Positions 38,858-48,545 of a stretch of DNA of 64,000 nt are shown here, one piece after another. The stretch is from positions 166,247 to 230,246 of the forward strand of contig JAWODC010000044.1 of the NCBI GenBank assembly GCA_046483495.1, in the 5' to 3' direction. The notes under the pieces were generated by a model, which made no database searches, had not been told where the DNA came from, and saw nothing but the letters and a program-made list of their open reading frames with translations. This DNA comes from Desulfobacterales bacterium. GTDB lineage: Bacteria > Desulfobacterota > Desulfobacteria > Desulfobacterales > UBA5616. Position 1 is the stretch's first letter. The number at the start of each line of letters is the position of its first letter. Both the position numbers and the translations under genes were made by a program.

Positions 38858-39328
38858 TCAGGACCTCAGGGTGGCCGTCAACCTCAGCGGGTGCAGCATC
38901 ATGTCGAGGGCGTCGCCGATGCTCGTACACACCACGTCCCCCGCCATCACTGTTTCGACCGCAGCGCCCTCCCCTAAAATGACGGCAACGCCAAGCGCGG
39001 ACTCTTTCAGCATCAGCCGGTCGTTTCGCCCATTGCCGACGGCGACCGTGAATCGGGCCTCCAACGACCGGACATGGTTCAGCTTGGCTTCGGCCTGATT
39101 GCCCACCGGCAGAACCGTCACGGTGCCGGCTATACCCGCCATTCCGGATTGAACCCGCCCGAAGGTATCCGCGGTAACCACATGAATATCGAGGTCCCTG
39201 GACAGCAGCTCGAGTTTTTCACGGACACCCTCGGCAAGCCGCCCGTCAACCGCCAGCGTTCCATTGTAATCCAACACCATATGCCGCAGCTGCAGTACCC
39301 GGTATCCGGGAATGTCGATTTCGATCAT
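38858..39328 (-). CDS. Soluble P-type-ATPase-like HAD phosphatase
   Basis: LDYNGTLAVDG, TADTFG, GNGRND, RLTATLRS. Confidence 0.88.
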   Translation of the reverse strand: MIEIDIPGYRVLQLRHMVLDYNGTLAVDGRLAEGVREKLELLSRDLDIHVVTADTFGRVQSGMAGIAGTVTVLPVGNQAEAKLNHVRSLEARFTVAVGNGRNDRLMLKESALGVAVILGEGAAVETVMAGDVVCTSIGDALDMMLHPLRLTATLRS

Positions 39329-39350
39329 GATGTGCCCTCCCCTATTGTTG

Positions 39351-39448
39351 GAATCGTTTGGATCGTTGGGATCGTTGGATCGTTAAGACCGTTGGGATCG
39401 GGATCGATTACTTTCCGGTTTGATTTCGATACCGATCCCGATTTCGAG
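39351..39448. repeat. Composite 9-bp and 6-bp GATC-rich repeat
   Basis: gaatcgttt ggatcgttg ggatcgtt ggatcgtta agaccgttg ggatcg ggatcg ... cgatac cgatcc cgattt; same units as at 484 and 7841. Confidence 0.8.
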
Positions 39449-39663
39449 TTGGGTCCGAAGGATGGGGCCGTGTGCCTGTGTGGGGCTGCGGCTAATCCAT
39501 CCCGCAAAGCAACGCTTTCAGCCTTCAATTTCAGCTTTGAGCCATCGTTCTTGCCCATAACCCATCGCCCCTCCCCAATTCCCCCTTCCATCTCATAAAT
39601 CCATTGACTTTAAAAGCAATTTACGGTTTCCTGTATTGAAAATACACATGAAAGGAACCCATT

Positions 39664-40029
39664 ATGAACGATTCAGTACGAACAGAAACGATCGATTTCA
39701 GCGTCGACAAAAATAACCTCTATCGAGAGGAATCCATCACCGATCTTAAAGTCGCTTCCATTCGCCGATTGGTTCCCGTCAAATCCGACGGTTCGGAAGA
39801 CAACGAACGGTCGCCCATTTTTATGGGGCACACGCAACTCATGTCGCAGCAAGGCCCTGTTCCCATTCAGGCGAGGCTCACGTCCACCGAGCTCGAGGGC
39901 GCCATCGCCGAATTTCCGGCCGCGATGCAAAAGGCGCTGGATGATGTCGTCGAGAAAATTCAGCAGCTTCAGCGGGAACAACAAATACAGCAGATGGACA
40001 AATCCCGCATCATTGTGCCCGGGAGATAA
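39664..40029 (+). CDS. Conserved-looking hypothetical cytoplasmic protein
   Basis: AAGGA RBS; NLYREE.ITDLKVASIRRLVPV..DG..D, C-terminal SRIIVPG. Confidence 0.75.
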   Translation: MNDSVRTETIDFSVDKNNLYREESITDLKVASIRRLVPVKSDGSEDNERSPIFMGHTQLMSQQGPVPIQARLTSTELEGAIAEFPAAMQKALDDVVEKIQQLQREQQIQQMDKSRIIVPGR

Positions 40030-40257
40030 CCCGATATATTTCCCGGGCTGCCGGCATTGCAGGCAATCCGCCGACGATTCATTGTTTACCGGCGTTCGGA
40101 CCGGTTCGAGCATCCGAAGTGCATGCCGCAGCCGCCCCCGCAATTTTCTTGCTTGACAACCCACATCCGAATTCATTATATTCCGCGAACGCTTGGAATT
40201 GCGACATTTGCAAACCGCACCTCGACCGTCGCCTTACATTAAGGATTACATTTTCCA

Positions 40258-40950
40258 ATGACTTCAGCACATCAGCTTAGACCGCCGGTACGTCTCAAAG
40301 GGGTCGGCGACAGTTTGTGGGTGACACTGGACGCATCCCTTTCCGTTGAAACCATCCAGATCGAATTGAAAAAAATTTTCGACCGCCTCAACCATTCCGC
40401 CATCAACACGCGGATCGTCCTGGATCCCGGAGATGCCGGCGACCACGAGGATTTGATTTCCCGCCTGGGCGCTTTTTTAAAAGATCGTTATCATGTCCGC
40501 AGCGTCAGCCTGCCGCCCCCCAAGAAATCACCCCGGACGGCAAAAATCAGGCATCGGGACATGACGGATTCATGGCGGTACCGTCGCAGCGATGCATTGT
40601 TCATGAGAGGCCGTGTCCGATCGGGACAAACGGTGGAAGCCGGCAGGCATTTTATTCTGATGGGGGATGTGAATCCCGGCGGACAAATCCTTGCCGGAGG
40701 CGATATCGTCATTTTAGGCAGCCTGCGGGGTACGGCCAAAGCCGGTTATCCCGAAAATCAAGATGCTGTAATTCTGGCGCTTGATTTTCGCCCGACCCAG
40801 GTGCAGATCGGTGAGATTGTCGCTGCCGGCCAATCGGTCGCAGCGGAAAAGACAACCGAGTATGCGTATGTGAATAACGGTGTTATCGTGGTTGAAGACT
40901 ACCTCGAATCCGACCCCTTCGGCAAAATTCCCTGGCCGGAAATTCGATAA
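40258..40950 (+). CDS. minC: Septum site-determining protein MinC
   Basis: RVRSGQ, GDVNPGG.I.AGG.IV.LG.LRG.A.AG, PTQVQIG. Confidence 0.93.
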   Translation: MTSAHQLRPPVRLKGVGDSLWVTLDASLSVETIQIELKKIFDRLNHSAINTRIVLDPGDAGDHEDLISRLGAFLKDRYHVRSVSLPPPKKSPRTAKIRHRDMTDSWRYRRSDALFMRGRVRSGQTVEAGRHFILMGDVNPGGQILAGGDIVILGSLRGTAKAGYPENQDAVILALDFRPTQVQIGEIVAAGQSVAAEKTTEYAYVNNGVIVVEDYLESDPFGKIPWPEIR

Positions 40951-41034
40951 TCCGTTTCGGATCACGAAATGCACCGACTTCCAAATGCGAATCAGAATAC
41001 ATTTAATCAGACACTTAGCAAGAGGGTGAAGAGC

Positions 41035-41835
41035 GTGGGAAAAACAATTGTCATTACATCGGGCAAGGGCGGTGTGGGCAAATCCACCACTACGGCCAAT
41101 ATCGGCGCGGCCCTGGCTATAGAGGGCAATCGCGTCGCTGTAGTGGATATGGATATCGGACTCCGTAACCTGGACGTCATTCTGGGCCTCGAAAACCGGA
41201 TTGTCTTCACCGTCGTCGATGCCGTAAAAGGAAGGTGCCGCATCAACCAGGCGGCGATAAAGGATCGCAAGATCGAAAACTTCTACTTAATACCGGCATC
41301 GCAAAGTGATAACAAGGATATTTTAAGTCCGGAAGAAATGGTTGAATTCTGCGACCAATTGCGAAAAGAGTTCGATTATATTCTAATGGACTGCCCGGCA
41401 GGGATTGAACGTGGATTCGAAAACGCCGTATCGGGAGCGGATGAGGCGATTGTCATCTGTACACCGGAAGTTTCTTCAATCCGTGATGCCGATCGCATAA
41501 TCGGCCTGCTGTACTCCCGATCCATCAGTCCGAAATTGATTGTAAACCGGATCGTTCCCGAAATGGTGGCGAAGGGCGACATGCTGAGCCACGAAGATGT
41601 GGTGGATGTTCTTTCAATCGAACTGCTGGGACTGATTCCCATGGACGACCAGGTGGTGATATCCACCAATACCGGATCGCCCCTCGTTACCCAAAAAGGC
41701 TCTATAGCCGGGGAAGCCATGTGGCGTATTGCCATGCGTCTCAATGGAGAAGCAGATCTCCCCATACTCATGCCACAAATGAAATCGATCGGCTTCTGGA
41801 AAAAGATCGGCATGAAGCTTGCCGGAAAACAGTAG
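41035..41835 (+). CDS. minD: Septum site-determining ATPase MinD
   Basis: TSGKGGVGKST, DIGLRNLD, DCPAGIE, SIRDADRIIG. GTG start. Confidence 0.96.
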   Translation: MGKTIVITSGKGGVGKSTTTANIGAALAIEGNRVAVVDMDIGLRNLDVILGLENRIVFTVVDAVKGRCRINQAAIKDRKIENFYLIPASQSDNKDILSPEEMVEFCDQLRKEFDYILMDCPAGIERGFENAVSGADEAIVICTPEVSSIRDADRIIGLLYSRSISPKLIVNRIVPEMVAKGDMLSHEDVVDVLSIELLGLIPMDDQVVISTNTGSPLVTQKGSIAGEAMWRIAMRLNGEADLPILMPQMKSIGFWKKIGMKLAGKQ

Positions 41836-41934
41836 TCCGGCAAATGACAGGGGACGCATTTGATCTTGTGAATAGGCCTGACAATTACCGTCCCGAAGTT
41901 TCTTCGAGATATCATGCATACAGGGGAAATAAGG

Positions 41935-42210
41935 ATGCTGAACAGTCTGTTCAAAAAGCTGACACGCAAAACGAAAAGCAGCGATCTGGCCAAAAAAAGG
42001 CTCCAGTTTGCGTTAATTTACGACCAGATGGAAGTTTCAGAAGAAACGCTGCACAATCTTCAGCGAGATGTGGTAGAAGTCATATCCCGATATTTTGAAA
42101 TCGATGAATCGGCCATAAAATTGGATATCGAACGGGGTCGGGATGCGTCGGCCCTCGTGGTAAACACGCCCATTATACGGGCGACCCGTCTCAGGCCCGG
42201 TTCGGCCTGA
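41935..42210 (+). CDS. minE: Cell-division topological specificity factor MinE
   Basis: S...AKKRLQ, VISRY, LVVNTPI; follows minD. Confidence 0.93.
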   Translation: MLNSLFKKLTRKTKSSDLAKKRLQFALIYDQMEVSEETLHNLQRDVVEVISRYFEIDESAIKLDIERGRDASALVVNTPIIRATRLRPGSA

Positions 42211-42376
42211 ACATCATCCCGGTTTACGATAAAAACGCCTCGGATATAGACTTTTGCCGCAGAAAACGTACTGCGTTACAGATGTACATATACAGGCAAC
42301 ATTCCGAAACGGACGGCATCATCCGATTGCACCCGCATGGTTTTTTTCAATCCCGGAAGGCACCATGCCGATTCGA

Positions 42377-43477
42377 TTAACGACAAGTCTCCTCCATTAA
42401 AAGTAAAAAGGCATCTTCCGCATCTTCCTCAAGACTGCGCATTTCTTCGATGCTTACAGCTGAATAAATCTTTTTCTGTATCGTTCTCAGTGTGTAAAGA
42501 GCTCGGTTTTTTTCATCCGGGCTCGAATTGCAGGCAGCTAAATGGTGCTTCATTTCATCGATAAGGCGGTTGGTTTCAGACAGGCTGCGGTGTCGCTGCT
42601 GATGTTTTTTTTCCCTGTTTATTCGATCGATATGGGGGGTAATGGAATCGGCGATTTTTTTTGCCTCCTCGACTCGATCGAACGGCGATTCCGATAAGCA
42701 TAGTCGCTTCAGCCGTTCGGCCCTAAACGCCACATCCGGTAAGCGCTTTAAATCGGGCAGAAGCTTTTCCACGGCATCAGCGGTTTTAACAACATATTCC
42801 CACGTATCTGCATAGTCCGTATAAAATGTTTGATAAACGCTGATCTCACCGGAAAGGGAAAGGATTTCTTCACGGTGGTCGTAAAAAGAGCTGATCAGTG
42901 AATAGGGATCTGATCGTTCGGAAATTTTTTGCAGCAAAGCAAGTCTGTCGGTAATCGCGTTTTTTCCGGGGAAACCCGGTCTCTCCGATTCCTTCCGATA
43001 GAATATCAGGCGTTCTTTCCATGCTTTCATCGTTTTTGACAGTAATCTTGAAAAGGTATACTGATCCCCGGCCTCCAGGCTCAAGGTATTCCCGGCTATC
43101 CTGCTGTAAAACGACCTGACCTCCTGGAAAATGCCGTGATCGACCCATTTATTTGTGACAACGACACATTCAGTATCCGGCCTTTCAAGCAAAACCTTTT
43201 TCACTTCACCGGCTTTCAACGGACGACCGTCGATTCTGAAGTGAATTTTTTCATCATTCGCAAGCCAAAAGATGATCTGTAGAACATCCGAGCCGCTCAA
43301 GCCGATTTGCTTTGAAATGTACTCGATAACGTTACCGAGCGGAATTTCACCGTAGTGTTCTTCAAACATCTTCAAGCAAGATTCCACTGCTGCCATATGG
43401 GCGATTAAATCGCAATCGAAACCCAAGGGGATCTGTTTCATTCCCAGACTGATCTTTTGGATGTGATGTTTAAGCAT
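42377..43477 (-). CDS. Hypothetical helical protein resembling the BrxC C-terminal region
   Basis: FPGK..I, FY......WE, SPF..V.E, N.ALY.L..I.K.I...SI resemble the BREX BrxC tail (recalled, not searched). No P-loop. Confidence 0.6.
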   Translation of the reverse strand: MLKHHIQKISLGMKQIPLGFDCDLIAHMAAVESCLKMFEEHYGEIPLGNVIEYISKQIGLSGSDVLQIIFWLANDEKIHFRIDGRPLKAGEVKKVLLERPDTECVVVTNKWVDHGIFQEVRSFYSRIAGNTLSLEAGDQYTFSRLLSKTMKAWKERLIFYRKESERPGFPGKNAITDRLALLQKISERSDPYSLISSFYDHREEILSLSGEISVYQTFYTDYADTWEYVVKTADAVEKLLPDLKRLPDVAFRAERLKRLCLSESPFDRVEEAKKIADSITPHIDRINREKKHQQRHRSLSETNRLIDEMKHHLAACNSSPDEKNRALYTLRTIQKKIYSAVSIEEMRSLEEDAEDAFLLLMEETCR

Positions 43478-43531
43478 TGTAAATCATATTCCTTGTTGAC
43501 CCGCATTTTTTTTGCTTATAGCATGATTTCG

Positions 43532-44908
43532 ATGAAAATCCAAAAAACGGACAAAATACCGGCCAATGTCACGGAAATTATATTGGAAAGCATTTCCGAC
43601 GGCGTATTCACCGTCAATCGGGATTGGCGCATCATGTCCTTCAACCGTGCGGCCGAGGTGATCACGGGCATTTCCCGCAGTGAAGCCATCGGCAGGCATT
43701 GTTGGGAAGTGTTTCGTTCCAACATGTGTGAAGGCGATTGTGCTCTTAAGCGAACGATGAAAGAAGGAAAATCCCTGGTCAGCACCTCGACCTACATCAT
43801 CAACAGCAAAAAGAAAAAAATTCCCATTTCCGTATCCACTTCACTGTTGAAGGATGAAGACGATACTATTATCGGCGTTGTAGAAACCTTCCGGGATTAC
43901 AGTTTGGTCGAGGAACTGCGGAAAGAACTGGATGCCCGGTTTCGGTTGGGCGATATTATCAGCCGCAGTCCGATCATGCAAAAAATGTTTCAAATTCTCC
44001 CCCAGATCGCAGAAAGTGAAAGTACGATATTGGTTCAGGGGGAAACAGGGACAGGAAAAGAGATCACCACCAGGGCAATTCACAGCTTGAGCCCGAGAAA
44101 AAACAATTCCTTTACCGCCATCAACTGCGGAGCGCTTCCGGACACCTTGTTGGAATCCGAACTGTTCGGATACAAGGCCGGTGCATTTACCCACGCGGTA
44201 AAGGACAAGCCCGGCCTGCTTGCCGTAGCCGACGGCGGCACTATTTTACTTGATGAGATCGCTGAAACAAGCCCCGCATTTCAGGTAAAACTTCTCCGGG
44301 TCCTTGAAGAACGGGAATTTCTGCCGCTGGGGGCCGTAAAAAAAGTAAAAACGGACATCCGGATTATAGCCGCAACCAACAAAGATCTTCTAGAAATGGT
44401 AACGGCCGGAAAATTCCGGCAGGATCTGTATTACCGCATCAATGTCGTTCATCTGAATCTTCCGCCGTTGCGTGACCGCATGGAGGATATACCACTCCTC
44501 ATAGACCGGTTCATTACCAAACTAAATCATATACGCGGAAAATCGGTCAGAGGCGTGGACCCGGAGGTGCTTGAAAGATTGATGTCCCATAATTTTCCAG
44601 GCAATATCCGGGAGCTTGAAAACATTATCGAACATGCGTTCGTGCTTTGCTCCGAGGGAAATATCGGGCTTCGCCATCTCCCGGGAAATCTTGCCGCACG
44701 TTCACCCGCACCCGCAGAACCCGCCCAGGAAGAAAACCCTCTCCAGTCTGCGGAAATACATGCCATCAAGGCGGCCCTGAAGCGGAATAACTATAATCGA
44801 AATGCGACAGCCAAAGATTTGGGCATCCATAAAAGCACCCTTTTCAGGAAAATAAAAAAATTGAGAATACAGTTGCCCATGGTGGACGGCCGGCACCATA
44901 CGGTTTAA
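43532..44908 (+). CDS. PAS-containing sigma54 activator, OrpR-like
   Basis: PAS domain with C-x8-C-x3-C (CWEVFRSNMCEGDC), GETGTGKE, GAFTHA, HTH; upstream of an ORP-type operon. Start 43523 or 43532. Confidence 0.88.
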   Translation: MKIQKTDKIPANVTEIILESISDGVFTVNRDWRIMSFNRAAEVITGISRSEAIGRHCWEVFRSNMCEGDCALKRTMKEGKSLVSTSTYIINSKKKKIPISVSTSLLKDEDDTIIGVVETFRDYSLVEELRKELDARFRLGDIISRSPIMQKMFQILPQIAESESTILVQGETGTGKEITTRAIHSLSPRKNNSFTAINCGALPDTLLESELFGYKAGAFTHAVKDKPGLLAVADGGTILLDEIAETSPAFQVKLLRVLEEREFLPLGAVKKVKTDIRIIAATNKDLLEMVTAGKFRQDLYYRINVVHLNLPPLRDRMEDIPLLIDRFITKLNHIRGKSVRGVDPEVLERLMSHNFPGNIRELENIIEHAFVLCSEGNIGLRHLPGNLAARSPAPAEPAQEENPLQSAEIHAIKAALKRNNYNRNATAKDLGIHKSTLFRKIKKLRIQLPMVDGRHHTV

Positions 44909-44930
44909 GGTTTCAGTTATGCACCTTCAG

Positions 44931-45156
44931 TGTTGCATTTACGCAATATGGTTTTCCTCCCATACCCTGCATTAACAGGCGGTTTATTCGAAAATGCACC
45001 GTTTTTTTCGGCGTTGCATTTCGGGTTGTCAATTTTATCTCATTGATTTTATAATTTATTTTTGATAAAAAAAACAGGTGTGCAAATCTTGAGAAAGAGT
45101 TTGAGATACGAAGCCGTGTGTTGCCCCTGCCGTTCGGATGTGGCATATGATTTGCT
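44931..45156 (+). promoter_or_regulatory. Sigma54 promoter and candidate UAS
   Basis: TGGCATATGATTTGC at 45141-45155 (GG-N10-GC). TTGC-N6-GCAA-like palindrome at about 44933 and a repeated GTTGCATTT at about 45013. Confidence 0.8.
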
Positions 45157-45185
45157 ACAATCTGCGACACGGAGGGATTGCATTT

Positions 45186-45983
45186 ATGAAAGTCGCATTA
45201 ACGGTGTGGGAAAATCGAATTTCACCCGTATTTGATTCCGCACGCACTCTGCTGATAGCGGAAATCAAAGATAAAAAAATCGTCAAACGAGATTACGAAC
45301 GGCTTAATCCCGAGTTGCCCACGACATATGTCGGCAGGATGACCGATTCGGGGATATCAGCTCTTATTTGCGGCGCCATTTCTCAGGTACCGGCCGGCAT
45401 TATAGAAAGTGCAGGGATCAAGCTTATTCCCTTTGTGTCAGGGGATGTGGAAGACATTCTAGCCCATTATTCGAAAGGAATGCCCATATCTCCGAAATTT
45501 TCGATGCCCGGATGCAGCGAATCGCTTCCTGAAACAGCCGGGACGGTAAAACCGAATAGTGAAAAAAGGGAGCATCGATGCCGGGAAGCTCTGCCGGCGA
45601 TGGGAAAAAAAATGATATCGATATTAGTAGTCAGTCCAAAACGTGATTTTTTTTCGGAGCTTTCTTCGCAAACATTGAATCGAAAAGATGTGCTCGTTTC
45701 GCGAGTGAGTACCGGCGAGAAGGCATTGGTGATGGTTTCCGGCCACCCCTATTCCCTGGTGGTCGTCGACGAAAAACTTCCAGACATGGCAGGGCTCGAA
45801 TTCGTGGAAAAGACCGTTGCAACCAACCCCATGATCAATTCCGCCCTGGTGAGCCGCCTTTCCGGCGGTAAATTTCATGAAGCGAGTGAAGGGCTCGGCA
45901 TTCTTATGCAGCTTCCACCGGAGCCGGATGCCGGCCATGCAAAAGACTTGATCACCCGGCTTGAGAGTATCTTACAACGATAA
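45186..45983 (+). CDS. NifB/NifX-like domain fused to a receiver-like domain
   Basis: MKVALTVWENRISPVFD..LICGAIS..FSMPGC, then ILVV..LVVVDEKLPDMAGLEF. Confidence 0.75.
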   Translation: MKVALTVWENRISPVFDSARTLLIAEIKDKKIVKRDYERLNPELPTTYVGRMTDSGISALICGAISQVPAGIIESAGIKLIPFVSGDVEDILAHYSKGMPISPKFSMPGCSESLPETAGTVKPNSEKREHRCREALPAMGKKMISILVVSPKRDFFSELSSQTLNRKDVLVSRVSTGEKALVMVSGHPYSLVVVDEKLPDMAGLEFVEKTVATNPMINSALVSRLSGGKFHEASEGLGILMQLPPEPDAGHAKDLITRLESILQR

Positions 45984-46072
45984 CTTGCAGTCCTTTCCGG
46001 AAGAACCGGGCCGGCTGATAAGCGGCCATCCACAAATGAGAACACGTCGTGGGCACTGATAAGGAGTTTAAC

Positions 46073-46909
46073 GTGAAAATCAGCATCGCCAGTGGAAAAG
46101 GAGGAACAGGGAAAACAACGATTGCCGTAAACTTGGCGGTTTCCATACCGGAGGACGTCCAGTTGCTGGACTGCGATGTGGAAGAGCCGAATTGCCATCT
46201 GTTCCTGGACCTCGAAACGGAAACATGTGAAAAAGTGTTTGCCCCTGTTCCCCATATTGATTTGGATAAATGCACATTTTGCCGTAAATGCGCCGATATC
46301 TGCAGATTCAAGGCGATTGCCGTCCTTGAAAAAACGGTGCTCACTTTTCCTGAGCTCTGCCACAGCTGCGGCGGCTGTATGGCCGTATGCCCGGAAAATG
46401 CGGTAACCGAAGTCGGACGGGAACTCGGTGAGTTGGAAACGGGGAAGTTTAACCATTCGTCTTTCGCCCATGGACGCCTTAGAGTCGGTGAAGCCATGGC
46501 ACCGCCCCTGATAAAAAAGGTAAAATCGTTTATTCGCACGGAAGCGGTCAACATTATCGACGCCCCGCCTGGAACTTCCTGCCCGGTTATTACGACCATC
46601 AAGGATACGGATTTTGTCCTTATGGTCACTGAACCGACCCCCTTCGGGCTCCACGACCTCAAGCTTGCTCTTGGAGCGGTTCGGTTATTGGGAATACCCC
46701 ACGGACTGGTAATCAACCGTGCCGGAATGGGTGACGAACGCGTAGAAGCGTATGCACGAGAAGAAAATTTGCCGATCCTGATGCAGATTCCCTTTGACCG
46801 CCGCATCGCCGAAACCTATTCCAGGGGTAAGCTCATCGTTGAAGAAATGCCGGAATGGAAAGAACGATTTACGGCATTGTTTGACAACATTCGTAAATGG
46901 GTCCGATAG
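46073..46909 (+). CDS. MinD/ParA-like ATPase with 2x[4Fe-4S] insert (ORP complex type)
   Basis: ASGKGGTGKTT, DCDVEEPN, CTFCRKCADIC, CHSCGGCMAVCP, DAPPGTSCP. Confidence 0.9.
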   Translation: MKISIASGKGGTGKTTIAVNLAVSIPEDVQLLDCDVEEPNCHLFLDLETETCEKVFAPVPHIDLDKCTFCRKCADICRFKAIAVLEKTVLTFPELCHSCGGCMAVCPENAVTEVGRELGELETGKFNHSSFAHGRLRVGEAMAPPLIKKVKSFIRTEAVNIIDAPPGTSCPVITTIKDTDFVLMVTEPTPFGLHDLKLALGAVRLLGIPHGLVINRAGMGDERVEAYAREENLPILMQIPFDRRIAETYSRGKLIVEEMPEWKERFTALFDNIRKWVR

Positions 46910-47024
46910 ATGGAACCGTTACCCCCTTATATCGACCAATCGACGGAACTTATCATCAGCGCGCTTGATCTTGAAATAAAAATGATTAATTTATTAATTG
47001 ACTATACATAGGTTTACAATTGAA

Positions 47025-47909
47025 ATGAGAGAACTTGTAATATTAAGCGGCAAGGGCGGAACCGGCAAAACGAGCATTACGGCAGCCTTTGCGGCGCTTT
47101 CGAAAAATCGTGTAGTGTGCGATGCGGACGTGGATGCGGCGGATCTCCACCTGCTCATGGAACCGGACATTCAACAACGTACGGAATTCGTATCCGGTAA
47201 CGTGGCTGTTATCAATCCCGAAAAATGTACCCAATGCGGTCTTTGCAGGGAAATGTGTCGATTCGATGCCGTAAAGGATGATTTTCATATCGAGGAGATC
47301 GATTGCGAAGGATGTGGGGTGTGCGTTGATTTCTGTCCTGAAGAGGCCATTGATTTTCCGGAAAACACATGTGGTGAATGGTATATATCTGACACCCGAT
47401 TCGGACCGATGGTCCACGCACGTCTCGGAATTGCGGAAGAAAATTCCGGCAAACTCGTGACCCTTGTCCGCCAGGAGGCGAAAAAACTGGCGGAACAAAA
47501 CCATATCGATTTGATTATCACCGACGGCCCGCCGGGAATCGGATGTCCCGTTATTGCCTCGCTCGGTGGTGCATCGGCCATGCTGATCGTAACTGAGCCG
47601 ACGGTTTCCGGCCTGCACGACCTGAAGCGGGTCGCGCAATTGGCAGACCACTTTAAAGTGCCTTGCATGGTCTGCGTCAACAAGTACGATTTAAATCCGG
47701 CACAAACACAGGAAATCGAGCGGACGGCCAGGGATCAAAACCTGTCGATCCTCGGACGGATTCCTTTTGACCCGGTATTTACAGAATCGATGGTTTTCGG
47801 GAAAACCATCATTGAATATGCCGGTGCATCGGATGCGTCAGCATCTGTAGAAAAAATTTGGGATCAAATCTGTTCATCACCGGCTATGAAAAACGGGCGA
47901 TCGGAATAG
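47025..47909 (+). CDS. Second MinD/ParA-like ATPase with 2x[4Fe-4S] insert
   Basis: SGKGGTGKTS, DADVDAADL, CTQCGLCREMC, CEGCGVCVDFCP, DGPPGIGCP. Confidence 0.9.
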   Translation: MRELVILSGKGGTGKTSITAAFAALSKNRVVCDADVDAADLHLLMEPDIQQRTEFVSGNVAVINPEKCTQCGLCREMCRFDAVKDDFHIEEIDCEGCGVCVDFCPEEAIDFPENTCGEWYISDTRFGPMVHARLGIAEENSGKLVTLVRQEAKKLAEQNHIDLIITDGPPGIGCPVIASLGGASAMLIVTEPTVSGLHDLKRVAQLADHFKVPCMVCVNKYDLNPAQTQEIERTARDQNLSILGRIPFDPVFTESMVFGKTIIEYAGASDASASVEKIWDQICSSPAMKNGRSE

Positions 47910-47910
47910 C

Positions 47911-47967
47911 TGGTGTCCATCCAGAAATAGGCAATCGCGTGAAAGGGCCATTTCTGGATGGGCACCA
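47911..47967. repeat. Internally deleted copy of the MITE-like element
   Basis: tggtgtccatccagaaat...atttctggatgggcacca. Confidence 0.75.
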
Positions 47968-48033
47968 ACTAAAAAGATGAAAATGGCATCATTGCCTTTT
48001 TTGATTTGACTAACCATTGAATTTTGGTAAAAA

Positions 48034-48116
48034 GTGTCCATCGGCAAATTGCATGTTTGAGGATGATTGACTTTTCCCAAAGCATGAATGGCGTGCTCAA
48101 CGTTTCCGATGGACAC
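48034..48116. repeat. Degenerate copy of the MITE-like element
   Basis: gtgtccatcggcaaa...tttccgatggacac; interior retains tttgaggat. Confidence 0.6.
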
Positions 48117-48145
48117 CGAAAATCGTAATAAAGGAGACATCATTT

Positions 48146-48532
48146 ATGAAGAACGGCAGAATAGCGATACCCTCCATGGGCGAAGGAGGATTGGACGGAC
48201 AACGATCGGGACATTTCGGTCATTGTGATGTATTCACCTTCGTGGATGTGGAAAATGGGGCAATAAAAGAGGTGTCGACACAACCCAATGCATCTCATGT
48301 ACAAGGCGGATGTATGGTTCCGGTCAATCTGCTGGCCGAAAATCGTGTTGATGCGCTGATCGTGGGCGGAATCGGAATGCGACCGCTGATGGGATTCCGA
48401 CAAGTCGGAATCGATGTCTATTATGACGGCGAGCGGCCTGAAATCCGTCTGGTTGTGGAAGATCTCATTTCCGGGAATCTACCGATGATCGACGATTCAC
48501 AGGTATGCGGCGGCGGCGGCGGAAGAATGTAA
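48146..48532 (+). CDS. NifB/NifX-family protein
   Basis: RIAIP, SGHFGHCD.F, HVQGGC, GGIGMRP. Confidence 0.88.
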   Translation: MKNGRIAIPSMGEGGLDGQRSGHFGHCDVFTFVDVENGAIKEVSTQPNASHVQGGCMVPVNLLAENRVDALIVGGIGMRPLMGFRQVGIDVYYDGERPEIRLVVEDLISGNLPMIDDSQVCGGGGGRM

Positions 48533-48545
48533 GGAGGTATACGAA

